Below, in pieces: positions 48,565 through 59,357 of a stretch of 64,000 nt of DNA (positions are counted from its first letter, which is position 1; the number at the start of each line of letters is the position of its first letter). Source of the DNA: an uncultured Phycisphaerales bacterium. Its GTDB lineage: Bacteria; Planctomycetota; Phycisphaerae; Tepidisphaerales; Tepidisphaeraceae. The notes beneath the pieces were generated by a model. The model had not been told where the DNA came from, did no database searches, and worked only from the letters and a program-made list of their open reading frames with translations. Position numbers and translations under genes: made by a program. Location: assembly GCA_963755915.1 (NCBI GenBank), contig CAVWLP010000002.1, positions 2,752,001 through 2,816,000 on the forward strand, in the 5' to 3' direction.

Positions 48565-50613
48565 TTACAGGTGGACTCTTCGGGTGTAGACCCACCATTC
48601 GAGCAGGAGCAGGGGGAGCGCGGCGGCGACGAGCCACCACCACAGCTCCAGGCGGCTCTTTCCCTGCGAGGCCGCGACTTCGTGCCCGCCGGTGCCGGGG
48701 GCGACGTCGGTCGGCAGCAGGTTGCTTTCGTTGACGTCCAGAAGGTTCACCGCGATCGTTTCATATTGCGGAATCGGCGGGTCGGTGTGATATAGCCCCA
48801 CTTTGTCCAGGGCGGGCAGAACGAAATCGCCTGCCGGTGGAACCTTGGCCGTCAGGGCGCCCATCGGACCGGTGATGGTGACGGAATCCGGCATGGGACT
48901 GAGCTTCTGGAGATTAAACCGTGGAACTCGCAGGGCGACCCCCGGCTCGTAGGACGGACGTACCTGAAGATCCGTCCCCAGCGCCATGAACTGAAGCGTC
49001 TGATACAAAAATACTGGCCAGGTGGGCTGGAGCGGCCAACTGCTGTTGATCACGTCGAACGGAATGATCAGATGAAACGCTCGGTTCTCGCGGTGCAAAA
49101 CCACGAGCGGGCAATTCGTGCCGTCTACGAGGACCTGCGAATTCAGGGTCGGCAAAACTTTGAAGACGTGGGCCGCGTAGAGCTTGCCGAGGTTGAGATA
49201 GCGCAGGATGGGATGATCGCGGTCCCAGTCGAGCACCCAGTTATCGTCTTCGATGACGCGGTTGCCGGCCACGTCGGTCGCCGCCTTGATCTCCAGGCCC
49301 GGCGGCACGCAGCCGAAATAGATTGCCGCGCCACTGGTCGGAACCTCGGCGGGTTTCAGGTCGTCGTCGCGGTCGAAGACGATCACGTCGTAAGGCTTGG
49401 GGAGTTTTTTTCCGCCGCCGTCGGCGTTGGACAGCTCGTGATATTCCTGGGGAAACATCTTGTCGAGAACCTGAAGCCGCTGGCTTCGCAGGCCCTGCTC
49501 GAGGAACCAGTTGCCATCCGTCACCAGCAGCACCGAAAGAATCTTCGGGGGGGGGACCACGACGCTGGCGGCGTCGTCGGCTGAAAGATGGTCGCCGTCG
49601 CGGTTCATCTGCTCGACGGTGACGACGGCCGAATCCGTCAGCTCAAGCAGGGGAAATTCCACGCCATTGCGCTCGGCGAATCCGCCGGCGATGGCCTGGC
49701 GGCGCTGGTCGTCGGTATATCGCTCCGGCAGGAGGTTCGCCGTGCCGCTGCTTTGCACCTTGCCGTTGACGCTGAGCTGGACCTGCACGTCGCTGACGGG
49801 GTCGGGCCCGAAATTAGCGAGCCGGGCGAAAACCTGCACCTGCGTGGGCTGCTGGTAATCGCGCTTGGCGCTCATGGCCACCACGGCGATGTTGCCGGCC
49901 GTGTCCGTGCCGATCTTCTGGTAGTGCAGATTTCCCTGAAGGCTGGCCTTCTCCGCATCGAGAACGCGGCCGTCGGAATAAAGATAAACATCGGGGGCTT
50001 CGCGGAACTGCGAGGAGGTGGAATTCGCGGGGCCGTCGATCGTGGTGAAGGCCGCTTGTGCGTTGGCAAGCTGATACGCGGCCTCGAGCTTGGTGCGGCG
50101 ATCGGTCGGCTCGATTGAATCGATGGCATTTTTCAGGACGCGCTTGTCGGAGGTGAAGGGAACAAGGGTCTGGGCGGAATCGTCGAACGCGATCAGCATC
50201 GCCGCCCCGTTTCGGCCCATGGTGTCGACGAGGCTCTTGGCCTCGCGCTTGGCTTCGTCAAGCCGGGTGCGGCCGCCCGGAATGTCGTCCGCCGACATCG
50301 AGGCGGAGTGGTCGATCAGAATGATCGTGCGCGGGCCAGCGCCTGGGGTGTAATTCATGATTGGACGGGCAAGCGCGAGAAGCAGGGCGAGCAGTAAAAG
50401 CAACTGCAGGAGAAGGAGGAGATTTTTCCGTAGTCTTTGAAACGGCGAGTTGACCTGTAGATCCTGCACTGCCTTGCGCCAAAGGAGGGTAGAAGGTACT
50501 GGAAGCTCCCTGCGGCGCAGTTTTAAGAAGTAGAGAATCAGCAGCGAAGGAATAACGATCGAAGCCGCCAGAGCAGCAGGCCAAGTGTTGAGAAAATGCG
50601 GTAGATACGACAT
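48565..50613 (-). CDS. BatA-domain / vWA membrane protein
   Basis: LILYFLKLRR..VPSTLLW, LLQLL..LALARP, MIDAS DHSASM, C-terminal WWW...LLEW. Confidence 0.88.
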   Translation of the reverse strand: MSYLPHFLNTWPAALAASIVIPSLLILYFLKLRRRELPVPSTLLWRKAVQDLQVNSPFQRLRKNLLLLLQLLLLLALLLALARPIMNYTPGAGPRTIILIDHSASMSADDIPGGRTRLDEAKREAKSLVDTMGRNGAAMLIAFDDSAQTLVPFTSDKRVLKNAIDSIEPTDRRTKLEAAYQLANAQAAFTTIDGPANSTSSQFREAPDVYLYSDGRVLDAEKASLQGNLHYQKIGTDTAGNIAVVAMSAKRDYQQPTQVQVFARLANFGPDPVSDVQVQLSVNGKVQSSGTANLLPERYTDDQRRQAIAGGFAERNGVEFPLLELTDSAVVTVEQMNRDGDHLSADDAASVVVPPPKILSVLLVTDGNWFLEQGLRSQRLQVLDKMFPQEYHELSNADGGGKKLPKPYDVIVFDRDDDLKPAEVPTSGAAIYFGCVPPGLEIKAATDVAGNRVIEDDNWVLDWDRDHPILRYLNLGKLYAAHVFKVLPTLNSQVLVDGTNCPLVVLHRENRAFHLIIPFDVINSSWPLQPTWPVFLYQTLQFMALGTDLQVRPSYEPGVALRVPRFNLQKLSPMPDSVTITGPMGALTAKVPPAGDFVLPALDKVGLYHTDPPIPQYETIAVNLLDVNESNLLPTDVAPGTGGHEVAASQGKSRLELWWWLVAAALPLLLLEWWVYTRRVHL

Positions 50614-50617
50614 GGTA

Positions 50618-51113
50618 AAACCCGAAACCAGAAACCAGAATGGCGAATCAAATCCGAAACTAGAATGACGAATGAATTGGCCCGGATTTTATGCCAGGGT
50701 TCGTCGGCGAATCGCGCCGAAAATCAAATTTAGCTCCTTTGCTTCTTTCCAAAGTGTGCCCGCCTCTTGCCGGATTGACGGCTCGGCAGCCACGATCATT
50801 CGCAGCCAATATTTCGTTTCACGCGATTCCTTGCGACGGAGGCCGATCTTGTGGCGGAAATCCTTCTTCGACTCCGCATCGTCGGCTTCGCAATAATTTG
50901 CGCCGACACTCGTTCCCGCCCGCACCACCTGCCCGATCAGGGGCGTCGTCAGGGCATTCTGTGGCACCCGCTTGGCAAATGCGATAACGGACTCCCCAAA
51001 CCGCGCGGTTCGCTCCTCCAGATCAAAAGTGGCGCGGCGATCGCAGTTGGCGTCACCCAATTCGTCATTCGGATTTCGGATTTGATTCGCCATTCTGGTT
51101 TCGGGCTTCGGAA
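50618..51113. mobile_element. Candidate element: family B inverted repeats (50618-50672, 51061-51113) enclosing a four-helix-bundle gene
   Basis: Left CCCGAAACCAGAAACCAGAATGGCGAATCAAATCCGAAACTAGAATGACGAA vs reverse complement of right CCCGAAACCAGAATGGCGAATCAAATCCGAAATCCGAATGACGAA. Mobility is inferred. Confidence 0.6.
50689..51093 (-). CDS. Four-helix-bundle protein (23S rRNA IVS protein-like)
   Basis: DLEERT..F, QVVRAGTSVGANYCEA..AESKKDF.HK...KE.RET.YWL, EAKEL..IF. Confidence 0.9.
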   Translation of the reverse strand: MANQIRNPNDELGDANCDRRATFDLEERTARFGESVIAFAKRVPQNALTTPLIGQVVRAGTSVGANYCEADDAESKKDFRHKIGLRRKESRETKYWLRMIVAAEPSIRQEAGTLWKEAKELNLIFGAIRRRTLA

Positions 51114-52019
51114 TTATCCCAAAAGTCCACGCTCCCTTAAATAGTTTAAAACCAGCGTCTCAAACGGCACCGCCGTGCTGCTGAACAAATACGTTCCGCC
51201 TCTTCGTCTCAAATACTCTTTCAAACTTAGGCAGTAGGCGTTCAGATTCTTTTTGTACTGCGCCATCAGCGGCTCGGTGATCGACACCTCCGCCATATCC
51301 CCATCCTCGACATCTTTGAGCTTCAAATCTCCGGCGAGTTCCGGATCGATTTCCTGCGGCGAAAGTATCTGCACGCAGAACAGATCGTATTTTCCGCCGG
51401 CGACATAGCGGAGGCCCGCCTCGAAGCCCTCTTTCACGAAGAAATCGGAAAGGACCACGCACACACCCTTTTGACGGTGCGTGAGCGCAAACTTCCGGCA
51501 GGCCTCGGCGAAATGGCTCGGGCCCGCGGGCGTGAGCTTATCGATGAAATCGATCATCTGCCCCACGCGGCGGCGGCCGCGCAGGGCGCCGGTTTCGGCG
51601 GCGATGCCTTCGGAGATCGCCACGATGTGCACGCGGTTGTAATTCACCAGCCCCACATACCCCAGCGCTGCCGCCACCCGCTTGATATACAGGGCCTTGT
51701 TGGGCTCGCCGTAGTCGCAGCTTTTGCTCACGTCGACGAGGATGAACATGGAAAGATCTTCCTCCTCGAGGAAGAGTTTCAGGAAGAGCTTGTCGAGCCG
51801 GGCGTAGATGTTCCAGTCGATGAAGCGCAGATCGTCGCCGATGACGTAGTTGCGGTAATCGGCGAATTCGACCGATTGTCCGCGGCGCTTGGAGCGGCGC
51901 TCGCCTTTCAGTTTTCCAGCCAGCAGCTTGCGCGAAATGACGTCGAGCTGATCGAGCTTGGCCATGAATTGCGGATCGAGCAGCAGGGACCGGGAATTTG
52001 GGCGGGCGATGGTCGTCAT
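51114..52019 (-). CDS. DUF58 protein
   Basis: GERRS..RGQSVEFADYRNYV.GDDLRFIDWN.YAR, LVDVSKS, VLSDF. Confidence 0.92.
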   Translation of the reverse strand: MTTIARPNSRSLLLDPQFMAKLDQLDVISRKLLAGKLKGERRSKRRGQSVEFADYRNYVIGDDLRFIDWNIYARLDKLFLKLFLEEEDLSMFILVDVSKSCDYGEPNKALYIKRVAAALGYVGLVNYNRVHIVAISEGIAAETGALRGRRRVGQMIDFIDKLTPAGPSHFAEACRKFALTHRQKGVCVVLSDFFVKEGFEAGLRYVAGGKYDLFCVQILSPQEIDPELAGDLKLKDVEDGDMAEVSITEPLMAQYKKNLNAYCLSLKEYLRRRGGTYLFSSTAVPFETLVLNYLRERGLLG

Positions 52020-52585
52020 TGGTTTTCGCTCGTATGTGTTTCCAGCGCCGGGCGCTTTTCCCTGCTGAAATGCCGGATCATTTCGATGGCCCGGTCGAGG
52101 TCTCCCGACCAGACCTGAGCTGTCGCGAATTCCTGCTCCCTTTCACCGCTGTAAAAGGCCAGGTTCGGCTTGAAATGCGAGTATCGAATCCGTGCCGCGG
52201 CCCCCTCGGCCCGCAGGTGCTCGACCAGCATGTTCACGCTGGCCACGTCCGCGCTGTATACCTCCACCTCGGTCTCCTCCGGCTCGGGCTTTCGCGGCGG
52301 CGTCGTGGTGCTCGGCCAGTGCTCGCGCATCATTTTCCCGTCCAGGGGCATCGTCAGCGGCAATTCCGGCGGCTGAATCGGGAACCCGCATTCGGGGCAG
52401 CGATCCTCCGACCCGCGCAGGTCGTATCCGCACTTAACGCATTTCCAGGCCGCGAAACGCTCGTTTGCGTGCACCACCAGGATTCCACGCAGGATAGCCG
52501 ACCCGATTAAAAGCAGGGCGATAACGACAATCGCACCGCCCACCAATGCGGGATTCGCGGCGAAATAGTTCAGAACATCGATCAA
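52016..52585 (-). CDS. Membrane-anchored zinc-ribbon protein
   Basis: TM helix then CVKCGYDLRGSEDRCPECG; start uncertain (TTG, AGGAG upstream). Confidence 0.7.
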   Translation of the reverse strand: MIDVLNYFAANPALVGGAIVVIALLLIGSAILRGILVVHANERFAAWKCVKCGYDLRGSEDRCPECGFPIQPPELPLTMPLDGKMMREHWPSTTTPPRKPEPEETEVEVYSADVASVNMLVEHLRAEGAAARIRYSHFKPNLAFYSGEREQEFATAQVWSGDLDRAIEMIRHFSREKRPALETHTSENQ

Positions 52586-52617
52586 TGCCGATTCTCCTGC
52601 ACTCTCAAATTCAATAT

Positions 52618-52681
52618 CTCACGCAGAGGCGCGGAGGGAATTGAAGGCAATTTCTCTGCGAGCTCTGCGCCTCTGCGTGAG
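52618..52681. repeat. Inverted-repeat hairpin (family C)
   Basis: CTCACGCAGAGGCGCGGAG...CTCTGCGCCTCTGCGTGAG. Confidence 0.75.
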
Positions 52682-52682
52682 C

Positions 52683-53739
52683 TTATGCTTTTTTTGCCAC
52701 TACAACCGCGTCGTCCTCCACCGTATTGGGCGTCTCTGCGATTACTTTCTCCAGCACCATGTCCGTAGTGATTCCTTCAGCTTCGCCTTCGAAATTCAGG
52801 ATCACGCGATGCCGCATCGCGGGGATCGCGACGTCCTTCACATCCTTAAAGCTGACATGGAACCGTCCATCCAGCAGCGCCCGTACTTTGCTCGCCAGTA
52901 CGATCGCCTGCGCGGCACGCGGGCTGGCGCCGACGCGCAGGAATTGGTTCGTCATGTTCACGGCGAAAATCCCCTGCGGATGCGTCGCCAGGACGACGCG
53001 GATCGCATAATCCTGCACGTGCGGGGCGATGATCACGCGCTTCACCAGTTGCTGATGCTGAACGATCCGCGGGCCGTTCAGGACCGGCTTGACGGCGTGC
53101 GCTATACGTCGAGGTCGTGCGGTTGAGAATCTCCCGCAGTTCATCCCGCCCGCTGTATTGCACGCAGCAGCTTGAAGAAGAACCGGTCGAGCTGCGCTTC
53201 GGGAAGCGGATAGGTTCCTTCCTGCTCCAGCGGGTTCTGCGTGGCCATCACGAAGAAGGGCTCCTCGAGCTTGCGCACCTGCCCGCCGGCTGTCACCTGG
53301 CTGTTCCTGCATCGCCTCCAGAAGGGCCGACTGCGTCTTGGGCGTGGCGCGGTTGATTTCGTCGGCCAGCACGATCTGCGAAAAGATCGGGCCAGACATG
53401 AAGGTGAAGCCGCGATGGCCGTGCGTCGTTTTCCATGATCACGTTGGTGCCGATGACGTCGGCCGGCATCAGATCGGGCGTGAACTGAATCCGGCTGAAT
53501 TTCAGATCCAGCGCCTCGGCCAGCGCGCGGATCAGCGCCGTCTTGCCCAGCCCTGGCACGCCTTCCAGCAGCGCATGGCCGCCGACGAAGAGGCAGGTGA
53601 GCACGCCGTCGACGATATCCTGGTGCCCGACGATGACCTTGCCGATTTCGGTTTGCACCGCCCGGTAGTCCTGCCGGAACTGATCGCAAGCGGCCTGGAT
53701 TTGGGGATCAACGCCCTGGATGTTGGATGCTACGGCCAT
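52683..53739 (-). CDS. MoxR-family AAA+ ATPase (frameshifted)
   Basis: [76 protein letters not shown]. Confidence 0.93.
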
Positions 53740-53777
53740 AGGGGTCCTTCGCAAAAGTTATGTTTGCTTGAAATAGA

Positions 53778-53974
53778 CGAAACTCGAAACCCGAAATTCG
53801 GAGGCGCGGACGCCTCCGGGGCGTACTCGCCGATTACGGCCCGGAGCCGTCCGCGGCTCCGACGAATCAAATTCGAAATTCGAATGACCAAAACAGATAG
53901 CGATGTCGGCCCATTTGTTTCGAGTTTCGGGTTTCGAATTTGATTCGTCATTCGAATTTCGGGTTTCGAGTTTT
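53778..53974. repeat. Heptamer IR element (family B) with nested GC-rich hairpin
   Basis: CGAAACTCGAAACCCGAAATTCG-[insert]-GACGAATCAAATTCGAAATTCGAATGACC...TTTGATTCGTCATTCGAATTTCGGGTTTCGAG. Confidence 0.85.
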
Positions 53975-56900
53975 TCACTCTTCCGTCTTCTGCCTGATCT
54001 TCTGCTGCGCCCGGCGCTTTGCCTGCATCAGCCCACCGGTATATTCGGCCAATCCCACCGCGCCTTTTGGCTGCGTTTCCTTCGATCCTGCCGGGACCGG
54101 TTTGTCCACGGCTCCGCCCACGACGGAGGTCAGATCGCCCTCCACGCCTCCTCCCGCCTCGAATTTCGCCGTTGGATTTGGCCGGGCCTGCACCATCGTC
54201 GCGGCCCGCGCGGTTCCCGGCTCCGGTTCCTGCACCTTGAACTTCTGCTCGGCGACTTCTTCCCTGACGCGCTTGAGGGTCTCGAGCATCTGCGGCGATT
54301 CCACCTTGCGATAGGTCATGCGTAAACGTGCGCACATAATCCGCGGCCGCCAGGGCCATGCGCTTGGTGGCCGGCCAATCCCAGGCGATGCGCCGCACGG
54401 CCACGTCGATAATGATCAGGGCCAGCAGCCAGGGGACCAGCAAATCCCAGATCGATTGCGGCGAATCCGTCACGGCCAGTCCATCGCGCGTAAACAAATC
54501 GGCCGACGTTACGTCAAACGGCTTGAGCCATCTCCCGCCCGTGCGCTGCGGCGATCTGCTGAAGCAGTGCGTCGTTGCTCTGAAGGTTCCGCATCTCCGG
54601 CGAGCTGTTCACTGTCGTCCCCGCCAGCAGCGAGCCGGTTTTCCCATCCTCCCCGACGTAAGAGAGATAGCAGATATAACTTCCCTGCGCGCTGGCATCG
54701 AAATCGGCCTCATAAGTCCCTGGCCCTGTTTGAAGCAGCCGGATGGGATGCGGGGTGAGATCGGCGCCGCCGGCGATTGTGCCGGCGATATTGAGGAAGT
54801 TGTTAAACGCGTTCCCCTCTTTCTGGGCCCGCACGATGATGTGCCCCTGGTCGCCGTCGGTGGTCATTTCGGTTTCAAAATCGCTGGAGAAGGGGGAGCG
54901 GGAAACGCCGCGGACCATTTGCGACCAGAATTTCTCGTACAGGTCGCTGCCGACCCAGTTGGCGTCCCAGCGGTTAAACGCATCGCCGGTAAACACCGCC
55001 GACTTTCCCAGCCCCGCCTGCCACATTGCCAGCACCGGATCACGCTTCGGGCCGGCCACCATCGGCACTTCGATCAGCGGATTGTCCTTGCGGCCGGTCA
55101 GGTCATACCCATACAGCGGCGGCATCGGGCCCGGCGTGATTCCCTTCACCAGATCGCTGCTGCTTGCCGCCAGTACGACAGGAATTCCATGCGGGTCTTC
55201 CTGGATAATGCTGCGCTTCACAACCGTCGCTTCCTTGATGAAGATCTGCGGCAGGGGGGCAAGATTGCCTTCAAACGGCCCGTAGATTCCTGCCGCCCGT
55301 GCGCTGCGCTAACTCCTTGCATCCCGGCGCGATATTTCCAGGCTGATGCGGATAAACCGTGATCGTCGAAACGCTGATCTTGTCCCCGATCAATTGCTGG
55401 ATCGTTCCCTCCGACGGCATTTCCGGATCGTCATCGGTAATCAGCACGATATGTTTCGCCCGCGCGTTCGACGCCAGCAGGCCCTCATGTCCATCTTTCC
55501 CATCCAACGCTAGCGAGATCGATTCCTCGAAGCTGGGCATGTCGCCAAGCTCCCAGTTCTTGATTGCCGCTAGCACCTTGCTGCCGTCTCCTTTCACGGC
55601 CAGGGGCGCATCCCATCGGCAGCCGGGGCCCGTCGAATAGGCATAGCTGATGACGCCCACTTCATCCTGCGTGGAGAGGGCCTCCATTGCCTTGATGGCG
55701 CACTGTTCGCCCCAGTAATTTCCGTCCGGCGCTTCGGCAGGGTCCATGATCAAAACCAGCGCACCCTTGGGAATCTGCCGCTGGGCGGGGACCTCCATGT
55801 TTACTGGCAATTCCTGCTCCAGCCGCGAGCCTTCCCAGCCGCCGGCGCCAAATGTTTCCGGCCCGCCGATCATCACTAGGCCGCCGCCGGTGTCGTGAAT
55901 GTATTGGGCCAGGATTTGTTCCTGCTGGTCGTTCAATCCCCCCTCGCCGCGCGGGACGTTCGCCAGAATGACCGCGTCATAGGCTTGAAGCTCGATGGGA
56001 TTATTCGGGAATTCCTCGGGCGTAATCGTAACCAGGTTGATCTTCTCATTCTGAAGCGCCTGCCGCAGGAACCGGCCCGAATCGACGCTGTGACTGGGAT
56101 CGGTATTGTCGACCAGGAGCACCCGCCCCTTGCCTTGCACGAAGGTAAACGCATCCGCCGATTTGTTGTCGAGCTGCGACGCCACGGGCGTCTGGTCGTC
56201 GCCAACTTCCGCCGTCACACCCGCGATGTTCGAAACCGTCGCGTGAAATTGGTGGACGCCCACCGACTGGGCCGGAAGCTGGATGCGCTCCACGTTTGGC
56301 CCGGGCTTGAGCATCACCCGCTGCGTCGTTTGTCCGCCGCTGAGGGGAATCAGTTTCCCGTTGTCGGTGACGGAAATATCGCCCGCGACATTCGCATCGT
56401 TCTTGCTGTTGATATAAACGTCGATGCTGAAGGGCTGCCCCTCCTGCCGCCGGGTTGGGGCGATGAATTTGTCCATCATCACCTCATGCTCGACGTTGTA
56501 CTGGAGCGGCATCACGTCGATCGGTACATGCTGGCTCGACGCGGCGGCCATCGCGGCGTCCAGGTCGCCCGAAGTGGCATTCCCGTCCCAGATCAGCAGC
56601 AGGCGGTGCATGGAGTTGTTGCTCATCGACGCCAGCCCAAGCTGAATTGCCCCCGCGGCATCGGTTCCCGTGCCGGGACCGCGCACCGCCCGCGCCTCCA
56701 GCGAAAGCTGCGGGCTGGGAATCGCGTCGATGTAGGCGTGCTCGTTGAAGCTGATCTCCCCGACGCGATCCCCTGCCTTGCGCGAGGGGCTGTTCTCCGA
56801 CTTCGTGGCGCTCAGCAGATAATCGTCGAGGGACGATTGAAGATATTTACCCGGATAATCCGTCACCAGTTGCGTCGATTGGCTGATGTCCCGCACCACC

Positions 56901-57142
56901 ATCACTTCCACATCCGTGTTTTTACGCACGAGCTGGATATCCCCCAGGATCAGGATAATCAGCAGCAGGACCGCCAGCCGAAGCCCGATCGCCACCCACT
57001 TCCGCACCGACCCCAGGCCGGACAGCGATTTTATTCCCAGCAGAATGATGACGGAGCCGATGCCTCCGAACAGCGCCAGCGCCATCCACGGCGAAAACTC
57101 GTCGAGGCGGAAGGAGATGGAGGAGAGGAGGGTGAAAACCAT
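53975..57142 (-). CDS. Large membrane protein with vWA and GATase-like (DUF1355-type) domains (frameshifted)
   Basis: TMs, VRDISQS, LIWDGN, YDAVILANVP, GGGLVMIGG..FGAGG, LITDD, DPVLA.WQ.GLGK, C-terminal TM..DVAVRR. Confidence 0.8.
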
Positions 57143-57177
57143 TAATCAGTTCCGCGCCATCCTAAATGCGTCAGGGG

Positions 57178-57324
57178 TCAAATTCGAAACTCGAAATTCG
57201 AATGACGAATCAAATTCGAATGACCAAAATTCGAATTAAAATGCCGCCGTCGAACCGCTTGTTTCGAATTTCGAATTTTTGAATTTCGAATTTGATTCGT
57301 CATTCGAATTTCGAGTTTCGAATT
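57178..57324. repeat. Heptamer IR element, empty (family B)
   Basis: AAATTCGAAACTCGAAATTCGAATGACGAATCAAATTCG...CGAATTTGATTCGTCATTCGAATTTCGAGTTTCGAATTT. Confidence 0.9.
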
Positions 57325-59219
57325 TCAATTTTGCGCTTGCATGGCGCTGAAATATTCCTTTTCCGCTTCCTGCGCCTCGCGCGGAACATGGTCCTGATCG
57401 ATGTCATCGGGCGCATCCTTTTGCGCGCTTGCCGCCACGTCCCTCAGTCCCGCCGTCGATCGCCCCGGATCGATGCCCGCCTTCACATACCGGCTGGCCA
57501 GGATTTTGCCCGTGGCGATGTCCTTCGACGGATCGAGCTCCTGCTTGAACGTCGCGGGGGAAACCGCGATGTCCATCCGTGCCCCGCCTTTGCCCGGCTG
57601 TTTCGACCACTGGCCGCCCACCGCATTCGGATCGAACTCTCCCTGTGTATCCTGCTTGGAACCCATCGCTCCCGAGCCGTCCGGCCCATCGGTGTTTCCG
57701 CCGCCGTTGGGTCCGTTCAGCCCCGCCGCGGCTTCCGCCGCCGCCTGGGCCGATGAATTTGCCGCTGCCTGCATCGCCTGGGCGTCTTTGGCATTGGCCT
57801 GCATCTGCTGCAACTGCTGTTGCATGGCCTGCTGCGCCTGGCCCATCGCCGAAGCCTGCGCCGACTGATTCGACGGCCCGCCCTGGCCCGGCCGCTGCTG
57901 CGATCCCGGATGCGCCTGCTGCTGCTGCCCGGCGGACCGCGCCTGCATCATTGCCATGCTGAGCTGCTGCGCCGCGCTCGACAGCGACTGCGCCTGAGCC
58001 TGCGTGTTGGCCAGCGCCTGCGCCTTCGTCATCATCTGCTGCATCTGCTGCTGCTGCTGCTGCGACGGGCCCTGGCCGTTGTTCATCTGCTGGGCCATTT
58101 GCTTGGCCATCTGCTGCATCTGCTGCTGCGCCTGCTGATTTCCCTGCGCGGCCTGCTGCATCGCCGCCGACATCTGCTGCGCCTGCGACTGCGTCGCCCC
58201 CATCTGCATAAGCTGCTGCGCGATCTTCTGCTGCACTTTCGGATCGTTCGCCGCGTTGGCCAGCTCGTTGGCCAGGTCCTTCGCCTGGGCGACCACCTTC
58301 TGCTGGTCGGCTGCGCTCATGTGATTGAACTTGTCGACCGCGGATGAAATATCCGTCATCGCCGAGTCGATGTTCCCCGCCTTCAGCTCGTTCTGCGCCT
58401 TGCCCATGGGCGTTGAATCATCCTTGGCGCTGGAAATCGCCGCGAGCTGATTCTGTTCATCCTGGGCCGTCTGGAACTTTTCGTTCTTATTCAGCTCATC
58501 GACCATCGTCTTGTTGTAATCCTGAAGCGCCGAAAGCAGGCTGCGGTGATTTCGCAGCGTATCCCCCTCGTCGGTGTGGATCGCCTTGTTGAGGTCTTCC
58601 GTGGCCCGCTTGATCTGCTCGCTGGCGTTGGGCATGGCCGCAGGGGCTAAGATCGTCGGCAGCGCCTGCTTCACAAATTGGTTCTGATGCGCCTGCACCG
58701 CGTTGTAGGTGCGCTTGGCATCGGCCGTCTTGGGCCGGGAAAACAGATGCAGCGTGGGCATCAGCACTGCGACCAGAAACGCCAGGGCAAACATCGCCAG
58801 CGTGGCGATCGCCTGCCGGGGAAACTTCACGGGGAAGCGCTTGTGAAGGCTCACCTCCGTTGCCGTCCGTTCGGCGTCGAAAACCGCCGCCGATGCAAAC
58901 GGGTCGGACAGTTCGCGCAGTAAAGCGCCGTGCTGAACTTCTCTTTGAGCCCAAGCGTCTCGTCGATTTTTACCGCCGCCTGCTCCGAGGTGGGCCGGCG
59001 GATCAAGCTGAAAATCCATGCCCCCACAACCGCCCCGGCCAGCCCGACGCCGAGCAAAATCATCCCATGCGATAATTCCCGGTCCAGCACCTTCTGGCCG
59101 ACGATGGCGATCAGCAACACCACCGCCAATCCCATCCCCGCCATCGCCAGGCTCTCCAGGAAAACCGTCAACGCCAATTTGTTGCGCACAGCGGAGATAT
59201 GACTATCAAGCCGGCTCAT
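57325..59219 (-). CDS. Membrane-anchored Gln-rich coiled-coil protein (DUF4175-like; frameshift ~58920)
   Basis: TMs, AAVKIDETLGLKEKFSTAL, long Q/M/A-rich region, C-terminal VP......KEYF; AGGGAG RBS. Confidence 0.75.
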
Positions 59220-59357
59220 AAGGTCTCCCTTAACAAATATTGTACGCTGACCACCCGAAGCAACAAGGCAAAAGAGGCATCATTCAATTAATCGGACGGA
59301 CAACTCGGCCATAAGTTGCATGTCCTATCTCAATATCGGCTCTATAATAGGTGTCGG

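Noticed and set aside
50689-51093. Four-helix-bundle gene as Avd of a diversity-generating retroelement
   Set aside because: No reverse transcriptase or TR/VR pair is visible in the window.
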